64,000 nt of DNA from the NCBI RefSeq assembly GCF_006345805.1, contig NC_043017.1, positions 2,170,001 through 2,234,000 of the forward strand, given 5' to 3'. This document shows positions 51,826 through 64,000 of this stretch, piece by piece (position 1 is the first letter of the stretch; every line of letters begins with the position of its first letter). The translations under genes and the position numbers were made by a program. The notes under the pieces were generated by a model. The model did not search any database. It was not told where the DNA came from and was given only the letters and a program-made list of their open reading frames with translations. Source of the DNA: Octopus sinensis (lineage: Eukaryota).

Positions 51826-52500
51826 CAAACATATATTAATGCATACATGGGTATGCGACTGTGTGTGGGGGGGACGTGTTACTGTGTATGTGTCTGCGTA
51901 TGTATAGTGATGGATTCGAGGCTTTCGTTTATATACGAGTTGATTTCTTATTTCACCGGAGTATAAATGTCTATAATGGTGATACTTAAAAAAAAATTAA
52001 TAATTTGAATCGAACTTCCAAATTTACCGATAAGCAAGTAGTCATATTATTTATATCCTACAATGAACTACACTACATTTGCTTCACCTGCCATTATTGT
52101 GAGACGTTGAAAACACTTCTGAAATTCTATGCAATATTTTCTTTTTCATATTAATCGACATACATCTGCGTGTGTATAGATCAATGTGTACCTATGCACG
52201 AAGATACGTGCGGGTACATATATACATGCATACGTACATAGATATGCGACTGCGTGTGTGAGAGAGTGTGTGTGTTTGTGTGGGTATACAGTGATGGATT
52301 CGAGAGTTTCTTTATTAACGGGGGGATTTCTTAATTTTACTGTACTTAGGCTTCTAATCCTCTTTCAGTCAAACACTTACAAAGATTAGCTTCGATTAAA
52401 AAGCATGGATAAGCAGCGCCTTGTTAGCCACTCTATTGTTTGTGATAACATTTTTCTGCGTGCAGGGTATGCATCAAAAGTCCGACGCTTTTTCATTATT

Positions 52501-52836
52501 ATTTTTACCTCTACCTTAGCGAAGGCAGAATTACAAGATAGCTCAAGAACCGCTGCATGGATTTGGATGGAACGCTCAGAGATGTTTAGGCTCGTGACAC
52601 GCACGAACTAATTAGATTTTGGGATCGATCCGTTTCCGGACAATAATTCTGGATTATTTTTCCTGTATTTTTTTTCTTAATTTTTTTAGAGCGGTCGGGT
52701 TCATTTTTTTTTGTATTCTCGTCGAGCAGCCGAGTTTATTTCAGATATTCTCATTCTAGAAATTATCTCTGGCTAATAGTTGAGAGGCCATTGGTGTTGC
52801 CTTGGCGGAGGTGTGCGCTCCCTGGGAGCTCTTGTT
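52501..52836 (+). mobile_element. Non-autonomous Helentron-type (HINE/DINE-like) element
   Basis: T-rich start with acctctacc, subterminal inverse ggcggaggt at 52804-52812, terminal hairpin gctccc-t-gggagc, T-rich end. Confidence 0.6.
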
Positions 52837-52903
52837 ATTATTATCATTATTATATATATATTTATGTATACATATACATACATATACAGATACATATATA
52901 ATA

Positions 52904-52951
<48 letters not shown>

Positions 52952-53382
52952 GAATATAATACTATCTGCGAGACTATAGATGTGTCTACGCATGTGTGAA
53001 TGTTATGTTGATGTACGTGTATCTGCCTGCGTATTTATTGCATAGGTGTGTCGATATATCAGTGCCTGTGTGTGTAGCTGTGTATGCAAATATATAAGTG
53101 TGTGCATGCATGAATTTTAGTGCACATGTATGTGTGTGTTTATTCCAATTAACTAAAAGATCAATTGTGAACTTAGAAAGTTCACAGAAATTGAACAAAG
53201 AACGACAACTCTATACGGAGCTGTAACAAAGAAAGCAATTATTGAAATGAAAAAACATTTCTCTTCTTTTTAATATTTTTTTTCAAAATTCCATTTCTTA
53301 TTCTATTATTTGTTAATTAGAAAGGATATATATGTATATAGATAGATATACACACACATACATATATATATATATGTGTGTT

Positions 53383-53427
<45 letters not shown>

Positions 53428-53514
53428 CATATATATATATATAATATATATATTATATATATATATATATATTATATATGTATATCATATATGTATCTGT
53501 ATATGTATACATAA

Positions 53515-53565
<51 letters not shown>

Positions 53566-53721
53566 GTGTGTGTGTGTGTGTAGTTCATATATATATGTAT
53601 GTGTGTGTGTGTAGAAAAAAACAAAACGAATGTCTGTCTCAATATATAATATGACCTTCACTTGGTAGTAAGGAGTTGCCAAATAAATATCAGACAAAGT
53701 GTTAGTAAACAATATTATCGG

Positions 53722-53729
53722 TAATAATG

Positions 53730-53799
<70 letters not shown>

Positions 53800-53806
53800 T
53801 AATAAT
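53722..53806. repeat. (AAT)n microsatellite
   Basis: Direct reading. Confidence 0.95.
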
Positions 53807-54160
53807 GGTGTCAAAGTTTTGCACTAGGCCAGCAAGTGCAGGGGAGAAGTCTAGTCAATGACATCGTCACCAGTAGTCAACAGGTATTTATGTTATCAAT
53901 CTTGAAAGGGTGGAAGCTAACTTCGACCACGGCAGCATTTCAAGTCAGAACGTAAAAAAAATTGGTAGGGGAACGGTGGTGGTGGACAGTTACTTACATT
54001 GACCCCGGTTCTTTTCGTAATTCACTGACCGTTAAAGGCTGAAGGGCGAAGTCAACCTCGGCGGAAGAAGATGAAGAGCAACTTCGTTGGTTTGCAGTAT
54101 TATGTCTCATTCCCGAACATAACCACAAACACATCTATATGTAAGGAGTTTATACATGTT

Positions 54161-54545
54161 TTCTTTTCTACTCTAGGCTCAAGGCCCGAAAATTGGGGTT
54201 AGGAAGGGCCAATCGATTAGATCGACCCCATTACGCAACGGGTGCTTAATTTATCGACCCTGAAATGATGAAAGGCAAAGTCAACCTCAGTGTAATTTGA
54301 ACTCAGAACATAAAGACAGACGAAATGCCTATTTCTTTACTACCCACAAGGACAAACAAGGACAGACACACGGATTAAGTCGATTATATCGACCCCTGTG
54401 CGTAACTGGTACTTATTTAATCGACCCCGAAAGGATGAAAGGCAGAGTCGACCTCGGCGGAATTTGAACTCAGAACGTCGCGACAGACGAAATACTGCTA
54501 AGCATTTCGCCCGGCGTGCTAACGTTTCTGCCATCTTGCCGCCTT
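54161..54545 (-). mobile_element. SINE-B two-unit form with 16-bp target-site duplication
   Basis: TAAGGAGTTTA(T/G)ACAT at 54142-54157 and 54545-54560. Confidence 0.92.
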
Positions 54546-54792
54546 AAGGAGTTTAGACATCGAGGGAGAACTAAAGAACAGAGTGACGTGGAAATCAACT
54601 CAGTTAACAAATTTAATTCTGGTAAATAATTGAGCCATTTACGGCGAAATATGGAATATTTGTATCAAAGCGACGAATTAAATATACAGACTATCTACAG
54701 GTAGAATTAGGAATACTTTGTATCCTGGTCTTCTCTATGCACGATAATATTTCGAGTACTCTGAATTTCATAAATTCATATAGACACATGAT

Positions 54793-55168
54793 GGAAGCAC
54801 TCCGTCGGTTACGACGACGAGGGTTCCGGTTGATCCGATCAACGGCACAGCCTGCTCGTGAAATTAACGTGGCTGAGCACTCCACAGACACGTGTACCCT
54901 TAACGTAGTTCTCGGGGATATTCAGCGTGACACAGAGAGTGACAAGGCCGGCCCTTTGAAATACAGGTACAACAGAAACAGGAAGTAAGAGTGAGAGAAA
55001 GTTGTGGTGAAAGAGTACAGCAGGGATCACCACCATCCCTGCCGGAGCCTTGTGGAGCTTTAGGTGTTTTCACTCAATAAACACTCACAACGCCCGGTCT
55101 GGGAATCGAAACCGCGATCCTACGACCGCGAGTCCGCTGCCCTAACCACTGGGCCATTGCGCCTCCAC
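54793..55168 (-). mobile_element. SINE-C full length with tail type i and 11-bp target-site duplication
   Basis: AGACACATGAT at 54782-54792 and 55169-55179; A box TGGCCCAGTGG and B-box-like GGTTTCGATTCCC. Confidence 0.93.
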
Positions 55169-55308
55169 AGACACATGATACATCATTAGCAGACAGCAAC
55201 GAGAGTCTCAGGGGCGTTGCATTGTATATAAAAAATAAGTATATCTGTTTCGGAGTGTGCGCACGGGCATGTGGACGCCTTAGGGATACCGAAAGATATA
55301 AATAAGCT

Positions 55309-55309
<1 letters not shown>

Positions 55310-55392
<83 letters not shown>

Positions 55393-55401
55393 AAGATAGA
55401 T

Positions 55402-55460
<59 letters not shown>
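55310..55460. repeat. (GATA)n microsatellite
   Basis: Direct reading. Confidence 0.95.
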
Positions 55461-55463
<3 letters not shown>

Positions 55464-56300
55464 AGAGATTGAGAGATAGATAGATAAAGAGATAGAGAGA
55501 GATAGAGATACAGAGAGAGAGATGGACAGACAGAAAGAGAGGAAGAAAGAGAGAGAAAGAGAGTTACAAATGATTCCGGCATTATGTCTAAAATATGAGA
55601 AATTTCTTCAAGTACAATGTGAAAAAAATATTCTCTATTTATAAAAAAAAAAAAAGATACGATATTAAGTATTTGCTCAGAGTGTAACATAAATTGTTAA
55701 TATTTGATATTTCAAACATCGTTTATTTTATTCGATAAAAAAAAATACCAACCGGTAAACAGTGTAAAAAGGAAAATAATTGCTAATTGAGTGACCGACA
55801 ATATTATCAAAACATTAATGGCTGACCTGAACAAGAGAACGTATCACTGTTTGAACAATTACAACGATATCGATGCCAAAAATTGTCTTCAGCGCTAGCA
55901 GCAGCTATAACAACTGTCACTTGATGAATACGTAGGAATTATTTTATTATTTTAAATCATCGATTTAAAACTGAAATAGCATGAGAACGACAGTGAAATA
56001 ACATCGGGTCTGTACTGGTCACATGATCTGCTAGAAATATCAGCCAAACTTCCTACCAACGGTATTCTACCGCTTTAATAAATGAGAAATTATTTGTTAG
56101 TTCCCAATACTTGATACACCGAAAATGGGGATTTTTACGGTTGGAAAAAATTTGATCGGAATTCCGTTCTTTCCTACAAGACCACGTTGGAAGTAAATAC
56201 AGGTGCAACAGGAAGATCAATGAGGAATAAAGTCAGCAGGTATGAAAACAGTCCGGTTTCAAATTTTAGCACAGAGCCAGCAATTTGGGGCTGAGTCGAT

Positions 56301-56502
56301 TTATTCTTTTATTCTTTAATTTCTTTCTTTCACTTCAGTGTGGCTACGCTGGTGCATTCCCTTGAAGGGATTTTTTAGTCGAACAACTCGACCCCAGTAC
56401 TTATTCTATCGAACACTTTTGCCGAACCGCTAAGTTACGGGGACGCAAACACATCAACACCCGTTGTCAAACGGTGATGGGGGGACAAACACGGACACAA
56501 AG
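56301..56502 (-). mobile_element. SINE-A 3' half
   Basis: ttttgccgaaccgctaagttacggggacg and (ttattctt)n tail. Confidence 0.85.
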
Positions 56503-56611
56503 CCACACACTCATAAGTACCTGCGATTCTACTCTCTCTTCCTTTTCTTACTTTCGCTCTATCCCTCTATAACCCTCTTTATAGCCTTAGCTATAACATG
56601 TATATTGGTAT

Positions 56612-56796
56612 TAAATTCAGGAACAAGGCCAGCAAGTTTGGGGTGGAGGTATTAAGCAGGGGTATATTTTACAGACCCCTAGAGGACAAAAGGCAAAGTT
56701 GACCACGGCGGAATTTGAACTCAGAATGTAAACACAGACGAAATACTACTAAACACTTTGCCCGGTGTGCTGTCGATTCTGCCAGCTTTCAGCCTT
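56612..56796 (-). mobile_element. Older single-unit SINE-B relative
   Basis: Head and B box recognisable; alternative tail as at 39499. Confidence 0.7.
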
Positions 56797-56866
56797 ATAA
56801 CGAGTATACTGGAAACATAAATGAACAGGAAGAATAATAACAATAGCAATATTCGTATTTCTAGAT

Positions 56867-57246
56867 CGACTCGGCGGAATTTGAACTCAGAACGTAACGG
56901 CAGACGAAACACCTATTTCTTTACTACCCACAAGGGGCTAAACACAGAGGGAACAGACAAGGACAGACAAACGAATTAAGTCGATTATATCGACCCCAGT
57001 GCGTAACTGGTACTTAATTTATCGACCCCGAAATGATGAAAGGCAAAGTCGACCTCGGCGGAATTTGAACTCACAACGTAACGGCTGACGAAATACCGCT
57101 AAGCATTTTGCTCGGCGTACTAACGTTTCTTATTTCTTTATTGCCAACAAGGGGCTCAACGTAGAGGGAACAAAGAAAGATAGACAAAGGGATAGCAGTT
57201 AAGCATTTCGCCCGGCGTGCTACGGTTTCTGCCAGCTCACAGCCTT
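56867..57246 (-). mobile_element. SINE-B variant: head, linker, second head, unit, partial unit
   Basis: gcattt(c/t)gc(c/t)cggcgt(g/a)ct occurs twice (about 57104 and 57203). Confidence 0.85.
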
Positions 57247-57844
57247 AATAGGCGCAACAAAATACCAGGAAACGCGAGTAGGGTGAATGAATATTAGATA
57301 AAAGTGCGCCCTAGTAACTACTGCAATGACGGGAGGGTCACATTTGGAACGCTTTGTATAACAGGTTTCCTAGATCAGTGATGAAGCTCAGGCAAGCCAA
57401 CAACCACAACCGGAACAGCAGCACCATAATGAAATCTCATCAAACACGACCAGACTAATAGTAATTACTTCTTAAACACAGAACAGTTTTTAAACAAATA
57501 TTCATATTTAACACTAGACGTTGTTTTTCCTTTTATTTGCTTTTTATTTTAATTTTTAATTCATTAAAACGTGATCAATGGAAATTGATATTTAAGATAT
57601 ATTTTCTGATTAGAATGCAATTTACTCTTGCACATTCTCCCGCCGTCACAGTCGTCCTGTCTGTTTCATATATTTTTCTCCTTCCCTCTCTCACTATCTC
57701 TTTCTCTTTCAATATATTTACCTATCTAGTTTCTAGATCTCCCTGTCTGATTTCCTCTCAGTCTGTATGTCTTTCTATAACACACTCATTTATATCATCA
57801 TCGTTCATTGCCGTTCCGTCTACATCAGTTTCTCTGTCGCTTCA

Positions 57845-58347
57845 AGGCGGTGAGCTGGCAGAAGCGTTAGCAAGCCGGGCGAAATGCTTAGCCGTACTTC
57901 GTCTGTCTTTATGCTCTGAGTTCAAATTCCGCCGAGGTCGACTTTGCCTTTCATCCTTTCGGGGTCGATAAATTAAGTACCAGTTACGCACTGGGGTCGA
58001 TATAATCGACTTAATCCGTTTGTCTGTCCTTGTTTGTCCCCTCTGTGTTCAGCCCCTTGTGGGTAGTAAAGAAATAGGTATTTCGTTTGCCGCTACGCTC
58101 TGAGTTCAAATTCCGCTGAGGTTGACTTTGTCTTTCATCCTTTCGGAGTCGATAAATTAAGTACCAGTTACGCACTGGAGTCGATATAATCGACTTAATC
58201 CGTTTGTCTGTCCTTGATTGTCCCCTCTGTGTTTAGCCCCTTGTGGGTAGTAAAGAAATAGGTATTTCGTCTGCCGCTACGTTCTGATTTCATCGACTGG
58301 CCCCGATCCCCAAAATTTCGTACCTAGTGCCTAGAGTAGAAAAGAAT
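57845..58347 (+). mobile_element. SINE-B expanded form (two complete 184-bp units plus start of a third)
   Basis: Unit starts at 57894, 58078 and 58262; third unit deleted after gttctga and joined to the tail. Confidence 0.92.
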
Positions 58348-59074
58348 TTCTGTCTTTCACTCTAAATCCATTTCTCTCCCTTGCTTTCTCTCCTTAAATA
58401 TGCTTATTTTTCTTTGTGTTATTCGTCTTCCCTTCATAGTTTGTTATCTACATTTTTGCGGCAATGCTGTTGCACGACATTTGAATCGTCGTTGCCAATG
58501 GTATTTCTGACTTCCCTGCCATGCACTGGCAGATAACTATTCACTATCGCTGAAGATCTGCTTCATTTAAGCATTACAAGACGGACGCAAGTTGTAAACG
58601 TCTGTGCGCTTAGGTTAGGTCTCAGGACTTTCAGCTTGTAGAATGACGAATGAGTTGAGCACAAAGTGATAATTTTACGTCATTTGGATTTCGGTGATAA
58701 ACGCTAATAAAACACGAGCCATACTCCTGAGTCTCCGTGACGAGTAACAAATGAGACTCCGATACGCGATCACCAGCAATCAGGTGAAACCGACGGTTTT
58801 ACATCAGAGACTCTGTCTCCTGTAAGTATCCCTGACTTCCGGTAGTTTTACTGAGAACCCCGGGGCTAACTAAGGGTAATTCTGCGTCCCTGTCATCACA
58901 CATGCTTATTAAACCCATAGCTTTCACCTTGAAAGATGCAGCTATGCCAGGTTAGCATATACATGGGAACACTCGTGGTAAAGAAGTGGTTCGTTCCAGC
59001 CTCGGCGAAACACTAGAACTCCTGAAACCGAGCCCATCTACCGAATATAGTTTAAAGTCCTACCTACGAAACTA

Positions 59075-59360
59075 TGCATGCATACATACAACATACATAC
59101 ATAAATACATACATACATGCATACACACATACATACATAAATACATTCATACATACATGCATACATAAATACACACACACATACATACATACATACATAC
59201 ATAAATACATACATACATAAATACACACGTACATACATACATACATACATACATACATACATACATACATACATACATACATACATACATACATACATAC
59301 ATACATACATGCATGCATACATACATACATGCATACATACATATATACATACACACAGAT
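59075..59360. repeat. (TACA)n microsatellite
   Basis: Direct reading. Confidence 0.95.
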
Positions 59361-61280
59361 ACGTACTCACGCAGCCTGTGCATGTGTGAGACTGCTCCTC
59401 TCTAACAGAGCTTTAATCTGATGCAACTACGAGTCTTTGTAAGCGTTCATATGTTTGTGTGTGTGTGACGTGCGGGTGAGTGTGTGTATGTTAGTATATA
59501 TGCACATATCTTTACCTATACATATATATATATAGATGCGTCTATATGTATGTATATATGTATATATATATGTGTGTGTGTGTATATGTATCTCTCTCTC
59601 TCTCTCTTTATATATATATATATATACACACACACATACATACATGCAGATAGACGCATATGTATATAAATAGAGAGGGGGAGTGTAGGAGAACGAAAGA
59701 GGTTGAGAATTCTTGTAGACGAATGCATCAATACAAGTATGGCGATCATAAGACATGGAATTGAACTCGTGATACTTGTTAAAATGATTCGATAATGTCA
59801 AAATATCGGAGTGATAAAATTTGGCCAGAGTGAAATCGTTTTAACTTGTAAGCTGCATGTAAGCCGTCTAAAACTGTAGAGAAGAGTTTAACAGAGATTA
59901 GGAACATGAAACATGTATCGTATAGATGTTGCGACGTGTGTTCAACGATGCTTTAGGCATGAACGCCGGAGAAAAGAAACGACGACTTTATTGTCGGCAA
60001 GTGAACTTCTGTGTATTTTAGCGGTTCAGCAAATCAGAGCTTTCCACTGCTCCGTTCTGACAAAAGGATACTTTTATCCAGCCATGCCCTATGGCCATTT
60101 CACTTCTAACGCACGGACAATTCTTCTTAATTGCTTTCTTCTTCAATGATTTGATCTGTTGACCTCTTACATTACGTTAATGACTCTGCGTTAATCGGAA
60201 CAACACACACTACTCTGTTATATTGCTGCTAACAATGTTTGGAACGGGGAACTTTAGGTTGATGGTTTCATATCAAAACACGTAGCTGACCTATAGGGCG
60301 ATCATCTCGCTGACCTTCGCGAGACACATATAACAACTCAACGTTCATAGAGAGAGATAACGGCATTCATTTCCAGGCGAAATTTAATGAGAATAAAGTT
60401 ATATTTATACGATGCTACTATGGAATATTCGCATTTCTATAGATTTTTGCCTTTATACATTGAGAGATAATAGTCAAAGATAACGACACTTAATATGGTG
60501 GTGAGAAGGTGGCGATGAAATATGATATATCTATAGATATCTGTGGGGAATTATCATCGCCCCATGACACAATAAAACAGATATTAGATCTTCAAACAAA
60601 ACTACTAAGTGTTGTTGCATAGATATTAGATATCATCAATGTATTATTATCATTGATAATATAGTTCGCTCTATTGGAAAATGGAGAATATTAACATAAT
60701 ATATTTAAAGTGTTTTAAACAAAATATCATTAAAAGCTAATACGTGTAAATATTTCGAAAACTATAAAAGGGTATTTGACAACGTCAAAAGTCAATGAAT
60801 GGATATTGTTTATTGTGGGCGATGTTTGATAATGATGGTAGCTAAATATATGTGTACAACCATCATGAGAGAAGAAGTTAGAGCTTTACTGAATAAAGGC
60901 AATGACACATTTTTGTCCAACAACTCGCCAGTAAACAGAGACACGATACTAACTGCAACTATAGATGGAAATGAATATAATAAAAACATACGTATGTGTA
61001 TATGTGTGTTTGTGTGTGTATTCATACACATGCATATCTATACATCTATATATCTATCTATTCATCTATCTATCTCTCTATCCATCTATCTATCCATCTA
61101 TCTGCCTATGTATCTATCTATATATGTATGTATATATATATATACTTACATATATATATACTTACATATATATATACATATATAGATATATATATACATA
61201 TATATGCATATATATATATATATACATATATATACATATATATATACATATATATATATACATATATATATATATGTGTG

Positions 61281-61329
<49 letters not shown>

Positions 61330-61362
61330 TGTGCGTGTGTGTATGTATGTATGTATGTATAC

Positions 61363-61393
<31 letters not shown>

Positions 61394-61600
61394 AGTATAT
61401 CGCGAAAGGCCCGCTTGTGGCCCAGTCTTCTCAGTTTTAAAGGTCTCAGAAAGACTGAAGGAGCGCTGCAATAATTGTGTGAACCTGAGAAGGGAATATG
61501 TTGAATAAAACCATATCTAGCTGATACTGCTGTAATTTGTTTTACCCAAAGCCAGGAACCTTTCACAACCAACCAGTAGTTCGTATAAATATACGTATAT

Positions 61601-62033
61601 ACGACGGGCTTCTTTCAAATTCCGTCTACGAGATCCTCTCATAAAAATTTGTTCGGGCCGAGCCATAGAAGAAAACACTTCCCCTGTAGTAATACAGATT
61701 CTGTCACTGAAAGTTATGTGTGTGTGTGTTTGTATGTATATATATACGTACATGCATATATATGCATGTATTGATATATATATATACTCGTTTACTCTTT
61801 TACTTGTTTCAGTCGTTTGACTGCGGCCATGCTGGAGCAGCGCCTTTAGTCGAGCAAATCGACCGCGGGACCTATTCTTTGTAAGCCCAGTACTTATTCT
61901 ATCGGTCTCTTTTGTCGAACCGCTAGTGACGGGGACGTAAACACACCAGCATCGGTTGTCAAGCAATGCTTAGGGGGACAAACACAGACACACAAACACA
62001 TACACAAACACATATATATATATATTATATATA

Positions 62034-62115
<82 letters not shown>

Positions 62116-62332
62116 ATATACATATGCATGTATACGTTATATCCTTTTATTTTTATACTTTTTATACTTCTTTCAGTATTTCAGATCCCAAGACTTATTT
62201 TTTGTAAGCCTATCGGTCAATTCACCAGAACCGCTTGGTAACGGGGACGTAAACACACCAACATCGGTTTTCAACCGCTGGTGAGGGAACAAATACAAAC
62301 ACGCAAATACACACATACACACACACACACAT

Positions 62333-62364
<32 letters not shown>

Positions 62365-62575
62365 TAATATATATATATATGTATATATACACACATATAC
62401 ATACGACATGCTTCTTTTAGTTTCTGCCTACCAAATCCACTGACAAGGCCTTGGTCGGCCCGGGGCTATAGTAAAACTCACTCAACCGCGGTGCCACGCA
62501 TTGGGACTGAACGTGGCACCATGTGATTGGGAAGCAAGTTTCTTACCACTCAGAAACGCCTGCCCCTACATATAT
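61601..62575 (-). mobile_element. Cluster of SINE-A pieces
   Basis: 5' half 62401-62575, partial 3' half about 62160-62300, complete 3' half 61786-61996, further 5' fragment 61601-61685; separated by TA/CA tracts. Confidence 0.85.
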
Positions 62576-62665
62576 GTCTAATATTTATTCTTTTATTTGT
62601 TTCAATTTTCTTTAGCCATATATTATACAGATATATACTTACATATATATAATGCATATCCATAG

Positions 62666-62746
<81 letters not shown>

Positions 62747-62883
62747 ATAGATACATAGATAGATAGATAGATATACACACTCATATATGTATACATAGAT
62801 ATACATATATACATATATATACATATATACAGATATGCATATATACACCCCTGTATGTATATATATAAACATATACATATATG

Positions 62884-62920
<37 letters not shown>

Positions 62921-63719
62921 TATATATATATATATATAATATATATACGCGTGCTTAGAGTTATACATACACAAAATATAGACTTCCTTAGCAACGTATT
63001 TCAAATCAGAGACCAATCAGCGGAATGATCTATTATCGCCCATATTAACGAACCATCCTGCCTTCACAATAATGATGTACGTAGATGTAGTTTATTGCCT
63101 TTATAATGTATTTACTTATAAAACAAAACAAAACCACCATAAATTTAATAGTGTACCACATATAATCTCACATGAAAGTAAGGTGTATCATAAACCATTA
63201 AAAAAAAAATCAAAATATGAAATATAAATATAGAAATAAAGAAGTTTAATTGACAAATAACGATGTTTAATTGGTAGTGTGTAATGGAAAATGCATTATT
63301 TCTGAGCTAAATTGAACGCGAAATGGGTAAATCATAAGAGAAACAAAAGCGAGAAAATTCGTTCAATTCACACCTAATAGATTTAATGTATTATATTTTT
63401 ATGCCATGTAAATGTGATATATTCATCAATAACGTATATAACAATTAAATGTTATTTGATGGGGTCATGTGATATATAGCTATAGCTATGTATGTATATT
63501 TGTATGCGCACAGACAAATATATGTGCATGCATAAATATATACGTATGTACGTATGAATGAATGTACGTATGTATGTATGTATGTATGTATGTATGTATG
63601 TATGTATGTATGTATGTATGTATGTATGTATGTATGTATGTATGTATGTATGTATGTATGTATATATATATGTGTGTGTGTATGTGTGTATGCATGTGTT
63701 CATACATACATATACACTC

Positions 63720-63875
63720 ACAGCTTGGTTGTGTGTTAAGAAGCTTGTTTTCTAAGCATACGCTTCTGGGTTCAGTACCACAGTGTGACGCATTTCACTG
63801 TGTTCTGATATGACCTCTGACCGGCCAGAGCCTTGTGAGTAAGTTAGAGGAAAGGAAACCGAAAGAAGCCCCTTG
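63720..63875 (+). mobile_element. SINE-A 5' half, diverged
   Basis: ttggttgtgtgttaagaagcttg...gggttcagtaccac...gagccttgtgagt...gaaagaagccc. Confidence 0.75.
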
Positions 63876-64000
63876 CATATATATATGTGTGTATTGTGTA
63901 TGTATATGTATGTATATATGTGTGTATATATATATATGTGTGTGTATTATGTATGTATATATATATGTATGTATATGTATGTATATATATATATATATAT

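Noticed and set aside
55095-55168. tRNA-like sequence (also 2040-2115, 6184-6255, 33295-33368, 51050-51125)
   Set aside because: A and B boxes are present but the acceptor stem does not close and SINE bodies follow; these are SINE heads, not tRNA genes.
57894-58290. Repeat-spacer appearance suggestive of a CRISPR array
   Set aside because: The whole 184-bp unit repeats with no unique spacers; eukaryotic context and no cas genes.
61400-61510. Weak mariner-like reading HIPFS..FLRPLK
   Set aside because: No catalytic D motif or flanking homology; not distinguishable from chance.

Overview
Very AT-rich, microsatellite-saturated eukaryotic DNA with one 100-N assembly gap (25030-25129). Its repeat content points to an octopus (coleoid cephalopod) genome; this is inference, not a database match. 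No intact host protein-coding gene, rRNA, tRNA gene or CRISPR array can be supported, and almost all listed ORFs are translated microsatellites, so the window reads as intronic or intergenic. It is a layered mobile-element deposit. There are about 35 copies or fragments of four tRNA-derived SINE families, labelled locally SINE-A, SINE-B (internally duplicated, matching the description of the octopus Twin SINE), SINE-C and SINE-D. There are also four decayed Tc1/mariner transposons with three catalytic spacings (DD34D twice, DD36E, DD41D), 3' or internal remnants of CR1-, RTE-, R4/Dong- and Jockey/I-like LINEs, Penelope-like ends carrying minimal hammerhead-ribozyme motifs, two foldback elements and Helentron-type ends. 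The most interesting signals are: (1) hammerhead-bearing Penelope-like mini-elements, one in an inverted pair with a second hammerhead-like fold; (2) a modular SINE system in which one head/body takes four different 3' tails, one tail is shared between families, and SINE-A matches the 3' stem-loops of a CR1-like LINE in the same window; (3) a cryptic, decayed 15-nt-period array of about 4 kb (33880-38060); (4) several long inverted structures that would be dsRNA/ADAR substrates if transcribed. All alignments and translations were done by eye and need computational confirmation.
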